From assembly GCF_036365525.1 (NCBI RefSeq), contig NC_090379.1:111019350-111083349 (forward strand): DNA of 64,000 bases, in the 5' to 3' direction. Origin of the DNA: Heterodontus francisci. Its lineage: Eukaryota. Positions 23,490 to 34,185 of this stretch are shown in pieces. The position numbers and the translations under genes are program-made. How positions within the stretch are numbered: position 1 is the stretch's first letter; every line of letters begins with the position of its first letter. The notes under the pieces were generated by a model, which saw only the letters and a list, made by a program, of their open reading frames with translations, made no database searches and was not told the DNA's origin.

Positions 23490-24540
23490 CTAGCAAAGAA
23501 GGAAGGGAGAGAGAAAACAGGGAATTACAGACCTGCTAGCCTTACATCAGTCGTTAGGAAAATGCTAGAATCTATTCGAAAGGATGTGATAAATGGACAC
23601 TTAGATAATAATGATCTGCTTGGGTCCCAGCTCTTCACAATATATAGCAATGATTTGGATGTGGGGACCAAATGAAGTATTTCCAAGTTCGCGGATGACA
23701 CAAAACTAAGTGGGAAAGTGTGTTGTGAGAAAGACGCAAAGTGGCTTCAAGGGGATTTGGATAGACTTAGTGAGTGGGCAAGAACATGGCAGATGGAATA
23801 TAATGTGGAAGAATGTGAGGTTATGCACTTTGGTAGGAGGAACAAATGTGCAGAGTATTTCTTAAATGGTAAGAGATTAGAAAGTGTAGATGTACAAAGG
23901 GACCTGGGTGCCCTTGTCAAAAAGTCACTGAAAGCTAACATGCAGGTGCAGCAAGCAATTAAGAAGGCTAATGGTATATGCCTTTATCTCAAGAGGATTT
24001 GAGTACAGGGGTAGTGAAGTCTTGCTTCAATTGTATAGAACCTTGATTAGATCTCACTTGGAGTACTGTGTGCCGTTTTGGTCCCCTTACATTAGGAAAG
24101 ATATTATTGCCATAGAGGGAGTGCAATGAAAGTTCACCAGACTTGTCCCTGGGATGATAGGACTGTCCTATGAAGAGAGATTGGGGAAACTGGGGCTGTA
24201 TTCTCTATAGTTTCGAATAATGAGAGGTGATCTCATTGAAACCTACAAAATACTTAAAGGGATAGACAGGGGACACAATTTCAAAATAAGGGGTAATCCA
24301 CTTAGCACAGCGAAGAGGAGACATTTTTTTATGCAGAGGGTTGTGAATCTTTGGAATTCTCTACCCCAGAGGGCTAGGAAGCTCAGTCATTAATTATGTT
24401 TAAAGCAGGGATTGACAGATTTCTAAATACACATGACATAAAGGGATATGAGGATAGTGTAGGATAAGCCATGATCATATTGAATGGCGGAGCAGGCTCG
24501 ATGGGCTGAATGGCTTACTCCTGCTCCTATGTTCCTAACA
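23490..24540 (+). mobile_element. CR1 LINE 3' part with internal deletions
   Basis: ORF 23718-24002 LQGDLDRLSEWARTWQMEYNVEECEVMHFG; CR1 3'UTR at ~24480-24535. Confidence 0.85.
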
Positions 24541-25080
24541 GTCCAATTCCCTTTTGAATGCTTGAAAGTTCCCCAACAGTCTACTCGATCATTATTCGTC
24601 TGCTACCATCCTTCTGATTACAGCAGATGTGTGCAACAGAGCTATCCCCAGTTGTTAACAGCAGGGTTTCAATATGTTCAACAAACATCCGACAGCCAAC
24701 CGTCTAATGGATAACCTGCAGACTATAGGTTAGGCACTCTTGATTGCAAAAGTATATAGGCGTTATGCACTTGCCCTTTCCCGGAGCCGCATTTTCTTGT
24801 GCGCAACATTGTACATTCAGCCTACAACCCCTTCCCTGTTCACGTATATCATTTGGTTTGACTGTGCGAGCATGAATGGAAACATAGCGTATGAGACGCG
24901 ACATCATCGGAAAGCTAGCAACCAGAGAAAAAGTGATGCTTTCCTCCTCTACTGTTTCTTAAGATTGATATAAGGCGCCAAAGACCACACGGCACTTCCG
25001 TGACGGTGTCTGTACAGCACTGTGTCGCATACTGACTGATGCGGGAACGTCTGATCAGTGCTGCGATTACACCAGTCATT

Positions 25081-25412
25081 TTTTTTAGAGATACAGCACT
25101 GAAACAGGCCCTTCGGCCCACCGAGTCTGTGCCGAACATCAACCACCCATTTATACTAATCCTACACTAATCCCATATTTCTACCAAACATCCCCACCTG
25201 TCCCTATATTTCCCTACCACCTACCTATACTAGTGACAATTTATAATGGCCAATTTACCTATCAACCTGCAAGTCTTTTGGCTTGTGGGAGGAAACCGGA
25301 GCACCCGGAGAAAACCCACGCAGACACAGGGAGAACTTGCAAACTCCACACAGGCAGTACCCGGAATCAAACCCAGGTCCCTGGAGCTGTGAGGCTGCGG
25401 TGCTAACCACTG
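25081..25412 (-). mobile_element. HE1-type V-SINE, near full length
   Basis: Reverse complement of the 36355 copy, including the tRNA head and V-domain. Confidence 0.88.
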
Positions 25413-25469
25413 GAATTACGTATTAGGTTTAGGTTTGCTGCCTCTGAATAGGTTGGTAATAGAGGGATA

Positions 25470-25605
25470 CGATGAATAGGATGGGAATAGAGGGATACGG
25501 TCCCCGGAAGTGCAGAAGGTTTCAGTTTAGACAGGCATCAAGATCCGCGCAGGCTTGGAGGGCCGAATGGCCTGTTCCTGTGCTGTACTGTTCTTTGTTC
25601 TTTGT
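25470..25605 (+). mobile_element. CR1 3' tail fragment
   Basis: ggagggccgaatggcctgttcctgtgctgtactgttctttgttctttg, the same tail family as the 7923 element. Confidence 0.7.
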
Positions 25606-26429
25606 GTTATACCCATGCTAACAGTAGCAGGCGTGTGTTGTCGCTACTTATTCTGTCAAAACTAAGCCTCCTGATGCATTCTTCCTTTGGCAGGTGAAGA
25701 TAGCTGTCTTTCTGCTAACCTATACCATGAAGCAGTTTATCATATTCCTAGCGTAGTCCCTACGCTATGAGCATTCCCCGGCATCCATTTTCTTCTCTTC
25801 CTCCTACCCCGTTCTTCAAGGACAGAGAACTTCAACACGGCTACCTCATCCGGGCTTTAACATACGTTTTACTCCATCTGCAGAGAGCATTTATCAACAA
25901 TATGGGACGAAGCACACTTTCCGGCATTTAGAGATTATTTAGGTTTCAAATCAAGAGTACCGTTTCACCATTGGCTCGGTTATTCTCTTAAAAGTCGTAT
26001 TTGTTACCCCCTGTTTTCTTTACAATTTAATTTTATGGCAGCTCATTTTCCATCGCTCGTAGTGGGATAAGGTAACGAGTGTAAATGTGGCCAGGGGACG
26101 AAAGTGAAATCCACTTCCACCTCTCCATTATTCAGAAGGTAATCGTGAACACTGTCTCCTAGTGGCAGTGGATGCGAATATTATGGCTTTCATGGGCCCA
26201 TTACCCGATTGTGAAAGGACTGTGGCTTCGCACTTGGAGACATTTCTACCAAAATAGAGTTAACCTTCCGACGTATTGACGGGGAGGTTCAGAGGGATGC
26301 TCATTGCAGTATATACAAGCACCAGCATGTTTCATACAATCACAGATTCCAGAAGGGACAGGCATAGAAACATTGTAGAGGGAGACTGAAAAGACAGTTT
26401 AGATTTAGGCAGAGGGTGGTGAATCAGAA

Positions 26430-26988
26430 CTTTGGTAAGACCACAGCTGAAGTACTGCGTGCAATTCTGGTCGCCACATTATAGGAAGGATGTGATTGCA
26501 TTGGAGGGGGTGCAGAGGGATGGAACATTTAAGCTATGAAGAGAGGTTGGATAGGCTTGGGTTGTTTTCACTGGAGCAGAGAAGACTGAGGGGTAACCTG
26601 ATCGAGGTGTACAAGATTATGAGGGGCGTGGACAGGGTGGATAGGGTGCAGCTGTTCCCCTTAGTTGAAGGGTCAGTACCGAGGGGTCACAAGTTTAAGG
26701 TGAGGGGTGGGAGGTTTAAGGGGGACTTGAGGAAGAACTTTTTTACCCAGAGGGTGGTGACGGTCTGGAATGCCCTGCCTGGGAGGGTGGTAGATGCAGG
26801 TTGCCTCACATCTCTTTAAAAAGTACCTGGATGAGCACTTGGCAATTCATAACATTCAAGACTACGGGCCAAGTGCTGGCAAATGGGATTAGGTAGACAG
26901 GTCAGGTGTTCTAATGCATCGGTGCAGACTCGATGGGCCGAAGGGCCTCTTCTGCACTGTATTATTCTGTGATTCTGTGATTCTGTGA
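26430..26988 (+). mobile_element. CR1 3' fragment
   Basis: ORF 26496-26819 [21 protein letters not shown]; (attctgtg)3 tail. Confidence 0.88.
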
Positions 26989-27329
26989 ATGAATTGAATG
27001 GTCTGCCAAAGAAGGCATTGGGGTTGTTTGCCTCATAAATTTCAGAGATAAATGAATAAAATGCTGATAGTGCGGTACGAGAGGTATGGTGAGATATAAT
27101 ATGCAGACGAACAGGTCAGCTGGACGTCGATGGCCTTATATCCCTTCCATTGTTGCTATATTCATGTGGACATTCCAGTCAAAGTTTCACGCTATGAATC
27201 AATTCTGAACTGGTTATGTGCCTTTCTAATCAGATCTAGATTGAGATACTAATTTAGGGGCATCATTAACAACGTTTAGAGTGATCCGAATAATACAGCA
27301 CCGTTTCTAACAATGGAAAAGATACATCC

Positions 27330-27665
27330 GTTCAGTGATAGCACTCTGGCCTCAGCTGAAGGTAAGGCTCAAGCTGTGGCAGAACCTGAGCACATACTTC
27401 AGATCAACACTCAATTACAATACAGAGGAAGGGTTCTGCTGTTGATAGAGTTGGCTTTGAAGACCATGAGACCTTAAATTGCGGTGGCATTATTTGAAAA
27501 GCTTTCGCGTTCTCCCGATGTTCTGTCATGTACCTCACTACTGTTGGTGCGACCTAGCGGTGCAGAAAGTTGACTGCCATGCTTGATTGCCTAACAACAG
27601 AAATTGTGCGTGATTGGCTGGGAGAAGCTTTGGGACACGGGTGGCGCAATATAAGTGCAAGCTGA
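27330..27665 (+). mobile_element. Old tRNA/Deu-type SINE with an L2-like tail, immediately upstream of copy B exon 1
   Basis: gatagcactctggcctc head and aagctttgggacac...atataagtgcaag tail, similar to 54000-54860 and 55085-55290. Confidence 0.5.
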
Positions 27666-27743
27666 TGCTTCATTCCGGCGCCTCGGCCCCATTGCAAATC
27701 ACAGAGGATCCATCAGGGGAATTCCAAAGGAAGATTGGAAAGA

Positions 27744-27914
27744 ATGACGACAGCGCTGTCCCCTGAGCATTCCAGCAAAGATTCTGCAAAGGAGGAGAAT
27801 TACTCGTCTAGCTGCTACATCTCCCACAATGACTTCGAGTTCTGCGGATACAGCTTGAAGATCGCTCGAATTATGGGCGCGAAGCTGGGCGTATCTGCTT
27901 ATGTCTGGGACGCT
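27744..27914 (+). CDS. EEF1AKMT3: EEF1AKMT3/METTL21B-like copy B, coding exon 1
   Basis: agaATGa at 27744; 57 codons ending FEFCGYSLKIARIMGAKLGVSAYVWDA; phase-0 gtaagt donor at 27915. Confidence 0.9.
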
Positions 27915-28649
27915 GTAAGTTCGCTGCATCCGCCGGTTCCAGGAAAGCCGGCCCTCGCAATTTATACAATTAGGAGAAAAAATTGTAACTTCTTTCTTTG
28001 TTTTAGAGTACAGTGTGTTTGCAATCGTCCTCCTTCTCTCAGGAAAATCTGCTTTTAAAATAGATCACCGATTGGGCACATCTAGTCCACAGCCCGTGAT
28101 GTGGCTGACTGGAATGTACATTTCTCACACACATTTCAATCGGAGCAATGCAGTTTCACCGGCATCTATTCTCAAGCGATGGTTTTAATACACATTAGAA
28201 GCTCAGTGAAGTGAATTAAATAAGCACCCTGGTGCGGATAGTGTGCTTTATTTTTCGATCTTCCAATTTCCCTCTCCTCCTGGAGTTGCTGAGCTGTGCT
28301 GTTCGACACTCTGCCTCCTCACTCTGCACTTTACAAGCGTGCGGTCTCATGCGGAGCGTCTACCGAGGCCATGGGTATTGTTGTTGAGGCCGGCCCTATC
28401 CTGAGTGTGCAAACCTTAGGGCAAAGTCTTTGGATAGTATTTACCAGGGTGACTAACACAGTGGAACCTGGAACATACCAGGTTTTATTTCAGACTTGTT
28501 ACCACACCGAGTGCTGCAGCTTCACATTGAGTCATTGGTGCAGGTTTGAATGCGTTCTGAGTAGTTGGAGAAGGGGCTCGGTGGGGCTGCGAAATAGTAT
28601 GGGCGGAGCGAGGCATTCGAGCGGCAAGTTAGACCACTTCTTTGTTCTA

Positions 28650-29925
28650 AAGCCAAATACTGCACATGCTGGAAATCTGAAATAAAAACAGAAAATGCTG
28701 GAAATGCTCAGAAGTTCAGGCAGCATCTATGGAGAGAGAAACAGTTAACATCTCAGATCGATGACCTTTCATCAGAAGTGTAAAAAGTTAGAAATACAAC
28801 AGGTAAACAAAAGATGTGTCTAGAGGAGGTGTAAATGGCAGAATGATGAACAGCAGCTGTCCTGAAGTAAAAACAAGAGTAAAATGAGAGTAAAACCAAA
28901 ACTTGCAAAGAAAAGGGAAACAAAATAGGGGCAGGCCTTACGGTCTGAAATAGCACACCTTCTGTTTATTTACTTGCCCCATAACCATTCCTTTTGGTCT
29001 CGCACCACCAACCCTTTTGTCATTTAATCACTCCTGCCTTCCACCCTATCACAGACCTTCCCTTTTGTTCGCTTTCCAACTCTCCCCCCTTTCACTTGCT
29101 TTAAACCTATTGCATGTCTAACTATTGCCAGTTCTGTTAAAAGGTCATCCACCTGAAACGTTGGTCAGAATTTTACGACCCCACCCCCAAAGAGTGGGCC
29201 GGTGTCGGGTGGGGCAGCAAAATGGAGTGGGAGGCTTGGGGGCCTTCTGGACCTGCTCCTGCCTCCAACACCATTTTACATGAGATGGTGATGGAAAGTG
29301 GCCTGCCCACCGCAGGCCAATCAAGGCCCTTAAATGGCCAGTTAACGGCCACTTAAGGGGCTCCGCCCGCGGCCACAGGGATTTTACTGTCAACAGGCAG
29401 GCGGCCCAGGCCCAAGAAAAGTCAGTTCTTAAAAGTAGGTAGCTTTCTGACGACCTGGGAAGCCCCTCCTTATCAGGCACCCCGTGCCCGATGGAGGGCC
29501 ACCCCCAATCCCCCAACCACCCCCAAAGCCCAACATGTCCCCTACCACCACCCAATCGACCACCCTTACCTTGCCGGGCCCAACCGATTACCCCCAGCAA
29601 GGCCCCAACACCTTACCTTTACCCCTGCTGTCCCTCCTCTTCTCCTTGAAGCTAGGTTGCAGTCCCAGCAGTGGCCACCGCTCCCGATGGCGCAGCTGGG
29701 ACTTGGAGGGAGCTTCATTAGGAGGGGCTTCCTGCCTCATTGAGGTGGAAGTCCAGCCCGACCAATTACGGGCCTGGGGACGTAAAATCCGGACTGGATC
29801 CCCACCACCGACATTTTGGTGGTGGGCAGCTCCCCTCCGACAAGGGAAAAATTTCAGCCCTTAACTCTGTTTCTCTCTCCACAGATGCTGCCTGATCTCC
29901 TGAGTATTTCCAGCATTTGTTGTTT
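28650..29925. mobile_element. Penelope-like element terminal remnant with inverted arms, interrupted by a MITE
   Basis: 15-bp TSD cacttctttgttcta (28635-28649, 29926-29940); arms carry degenerate hammerhead motifs at ~28745-28780 (-) and ~29130-29162 (+). Confidence 0.8.
29163..29860. mobile_element. Harbinger-type MITE
   Basis: Ends ggtcagaattttac / gaaaaatttcagccc; inserted at the TTA of host ctgaaacgTTAactctg. Confidence 0.7.
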
Positions 29926-30612
29926 CACTTCTTTGTTCTAGTTGGCTTCTTTATTGCTTTTGGGACCCGTTGCATCAGTAGGTCAGAGCAAGAGGGCGAA
30001 ATCTTAACATTTTCAAAAATAATCGTGGGTGGTGACAATTCAAGGTCCCGAACCCATACTTACTGCAGCACACCCGCCGGCGCGATCTTCAGGCAGGTGA
30101 CCTGATAAGTGGCTATTCAGTTCCGGTTGGGGGGCGGAAGGTGAGGGTAGGCCCCTCTCCCCCTTCCTTGGCCATCCGCCCTCAAGACACCAGGCACCTT
30201 TTGGGCTTTGGTCTTAGCAGGGTGGCCCATCTGCAGCCAGAAAGATCCCAACGGCATCCTCAATCATCCCACAATTGGGCACTTTACGATGCAGATTGGC
30301 TACCCACCGCTGCTGGGTGGGTAGACCTGTTGTTTCCACCCCGCCGCCGGCAAGATCGACCGAAGGCTGGAACTCGTCGGCCCACACGTCCTATCTTCCT
30401 CCTCGGCCAGTGGCTGTGAAGATACGCGCGCGACGGGTGATCAGACCAGCCAGTCCTGATCTGAACACATTGGGAGTAGGTGAGACTTTCGGACTGATAA
30501 TAGTTCCAAGGAGCTTTCCTTTATCTCTGTAATGAATTGTTTGTACGGAGACTCCATCATTTTCTAACAGCAGGCGTCGAGTCCAATTAATTTCTGAGTA
30601 ACTTGCTCCTAA

Positions 30613-30882
<270 letters not shown>

Positions 30883-31269
30883 TAAGAAATGAGATGTCGC
30901 CCCCCATATACATATTCGTCTATCCGTTCAGTTGGATGGAAAATTTCCCTTGACGCGATTCCAGAAAGAGTAGGTATGTTCTCTTGGAGTCCTGGCCAGC
31001 ATTTATTCCTCAAACAGCATCACCAAAAACGGATTATCTGCTCATTCAACCCATGTCTGAGCGTGGGGCCATGCTGTCCGCAAAGTGGTCAGAGAGCAGA
31101 CTGTGCAAATGAATTGGACTGCCAACACATCGGGACTTGCAGTAACGTTTAAAAAATTGTTTAGAAGTTGTAGTATTTGCAAAATCCAAACAGCAGGTAG
31201 TTTACCTTCTGGTAGGACACCAAATAAAGTAGCCAAGCCTGAACCTGTCCGCAAATAATGGTATCATAA

Positions 31270-32090
31270 ATAAAGGAAACAGTTTGTGCCCGCATGCAAC
31301 AAGACCTGGACAACATTATGGCTTGGGGTGATAAATAGCAAGTAACAATTGCACCACACGACTGCCAGGCCATGACCATCTCCAAAAAGAGAGAATCTAA
31401 CCATCTCACCTTGACATTCCATGGCATTACCATCACTGAATGCCCCACCGTTAACATCCCGGGGTTACCATTGACCAGAAACTGAACTGGACCAACCACA
31501 TAAATACTGTGGCTGCAAGAGCAGGTCAGAGGCTGGGACAAGTAACTCATCTCCTCACTCCCCAAAGCTTTTCCGCCATCTACAAAGCACAGGTCGAGAG
31601 TGTGATGGAATACTCTCCACTTTCCTGGATGGGTGCAGCTCCAACAACACTCAAGGAGCTCAACACCATCGAGGACAAATTGGCCCTCTTGATTGTCACC
31701 CCATCCACCACTTTAAACATTCACTCCCTTCATCACCAACACAAGACGCACTGCAGCAACTCGCCAAGGTTTCTTCGTCAGCACCTTCCAAACCCGCAAC
31801 ATCTACCGCCTAGAAAAACAAGGACAGCAGGAGCATGGGAACACCCTTACCTGAAAGTTCCCCTCCAAATCATACACCATCCTAACTTGGAAGTATATCA
31901 TCATTCCCTTGCGCTCCCTGAGTCAAAATTCTGGAACTCCCTCCCTAACAGCACTATGGTGTACCCTACATCACAAGATCTGCAGCGGTTCAAGAAGATG
32001 GCTCATCACCACCTTCTCGAGGGCAATTAGGAATGGGCAATAAATGCCGGTGTTGCCAGCGATACCTACATCCCATGAATGAATAAGAAA
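31270..32090 (+). mobile_element. CR1/L2-clade LINE 3' fragment
   Basis: ORF 31509-32030 (IYKAQVESVMEYSPLSW...FWNSLP); gaatgaataa tail. Confidence 0.75.
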
Positions 32091-32279
32091 GGTAAACGTT
32101 AATTGTCTGTCAGTCGGTGACAATTGAAGTTGCAAGTAGTTCTGAATACGTAAGTGGCATCTAGCGACATGTATTCATCCATGAAGGAAAGTAGGTGTGG
32201 GACATAAGGGACGTCATTGTGTTTAGGATTCTGTGAATTTAACTCTCATCTTATGATAATTGGCTTCAAGAATGTAAAC

Positions 32280-32650
32280 CACAATAGCCTAAATTTATAT
32301 CGAGCTTTTAACAAGTAAAACGTCCCGAGGCGCTCGCAGGACAGTAATCAGACAAAAAAGAAAGAAATAGCTCCAAAGAGGGATGCGAGGAGCTGTGACG
32401 AAAAGCTTGGTCAAAGAAACATCATAAAGGAGGAGAGAGGGTGGAGAGGTTTAGAGAGGGAAATCAAAAGCTTCGGGCCGAATCGGCCAAAGACACGGCC
32501 TTCAGTGCTACAATGAAGAGCGTGAGGGATACACAGAAAACCAGAGATGAAGGAAGCAGAATTCTTGAAGAGTTGTAAGGGCTGGAGAAGGTTACAGAGA
32601 TAGTAGGCGGCGGAGTCCTGGAGGGATTAAAACACGAGGGTGGCAATTGT
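32280..32650 (-). mobile_element. L2-clade LINE 3' fragment
   Basis: atttatat...gtaaaacgtcccgaggcgct reverse tail; homologous to 45000-45400. Confidence 0.6.
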
Positions 32651-33390
32651 GGAATGAGCTACTGTGAGATTGTTAGATCCAATGGATCTTTGATCAGTGG
32701 TTTGTATAAAAAAAAGATCCCAAGTTCGTCTCATGTTTCTGAAACATATGCGCGGAATTCTGCATTACACTGTTGACAAGAATATTCGGGTCCGATGGGT
32801 ATGATCTGACAGATACTTCCCCGATTCATTTGCTGCTGTGATTGAGAAGAATGATTGGATATACTGGGGTTACACCAATCCTCGCGTTCAAGGCCTCCAA
32901 TATTATAATATCTCTGCAAAATGTAATTCTTGGGAAGTGGATCAGGTCAATAATTTATTTCTGCCAGTGGGGGGTGAGGGTGGGGGGAGAATGTGTAAAT
33001 AGCATTCTGAAATCCAATAATATAAAGAACCAGCTGAGTCGAATATTTTCCTGACTTCAGCTATTGCATCCACTTACCGAGGAAATTGACCTCAAAGTTA
33101 AATATATGTTTAAGTTTTGTCAGTCGAGATGCTGCAATCGAGCCTCTGTAACCGTATGTTACGAAGGCATCCATCCTGCTCCAAATCGCCCTACACTGAG
33201 CCCTGCTCATAGAGCGGCCATCACAAGGAGAACATAACACTGTCTCATGCAGCTCAGCAGGGTGTGGCGCAATACTTCGTAACGGCTTTCCTTCCGACTC
33301 GTCCTTTTTTTTTTCTGATGTAATCACAATGTAGAATCCGTTATCAAGGGTAAATCAAAATTGACATGGCTTTTTTTTTTCTCTGGTTAG

Positions 33391-33872
33391 GTGGAGATGT
33401 AACCATGACAGATAAACCGAACGTCCTGAAGCAAATCGAAAAAAATGTCAGCGTCAACGTCCCCACTGCCTGCAGCCACCGTTTAAAAGTCCGTCCGTTG
33501 ATATGGGGTGAAAACCACACTACCTTTCCTACCGACTATGACTTCATTCTGGGTTCGGATATTGTATATAGCTCAGTTACCTATCCGGCTCTATTGGAAA
33601 CGTTGCGTTATCTCGCTAACCAAGGGACCACAATCTACCTCTGCTCCGAAATACGAAAGAGGAATGGCTCCCCTTCTTTCCACGAGGAGCGCCTACCTCA
33701 GTATTTTAACTGCCAGGTTGTTGACAGGTTAGAGGACAAAGATATTACTCTGTACAAAATGACCAAAATTAATACAAGTCCTGGGGATGAGCTCCCAAGT
33801 AGCAATAGAAATCTGCTGGTCACTGAACCTGACACTGGGATTCAACCAGCCTCTCTATCATCGTCTCACTAA
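33391..33872 (+). CDS. EEF1AKMT3: EEF1AKMT3/METTL21B-like copy B, coding exon 3 (full protein 254 aa)
   Basis: Poly-T tract and ttag acceptor; GDVTMTD (post-I), LIWG, YDFILGSDIVY (motif II + DxxY of the METTL21/MTF16 family); TAA at 33870-33872; spliced CDS 765 nt stays in frame. Confidence 0.93.
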
Positions 33873-34045
33873 AAGAAATATTCAACATTCCTCTTTTAAA
33901 TTTAAGTACCACTCCTGTTTGCCCCTTTCTACCATGTGACATGACTCAACAGGAATTGATTGCTTTCTGATATCTTGGCCAAGGGCCGTTTTGCGCTGTA
34001 TGGGGAGACAGGGATCGCCTCGGCGAACCTTGTCAAAATACAAAA

Positions 34046-34185
34046 GCAACATATTGCGGATGCTGGAAATCTGAAACAGAAACAGAAAATGCTGAAATAT
34101 TCAGCAGATCAGGCAGCATCTATGGAGGGAAAACTTAGTTCTGATGAAAGGTCACAGACCTGAAACGTTAACTATGTTTTTCTTA
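34046..34185. mobile_element. Penelope-like terminal remnant (inverted arm + hammerhead) in the predicted 3'UTR of copy B
   Basis: gatgctggaaatctgaaa...cagcatctatggag arm followed by an oppositely oriented ctgatgaaaggtc...gaaacgttaac. Confidence 0.8.
34130..34181 (+). ncRNA. Minimal (Penelope-type) hammerhead ribozyme motif with intact core
   Basis: Stem I TAGTT(34136-40)/AACTA(34170-74); CTGATGA 34141-47; stem II AGGTC-aca-GACCT; GAAA 34162-65; loop-less palindromic stem III; GUU triplet ending at 34169. Confidence 0.7.
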
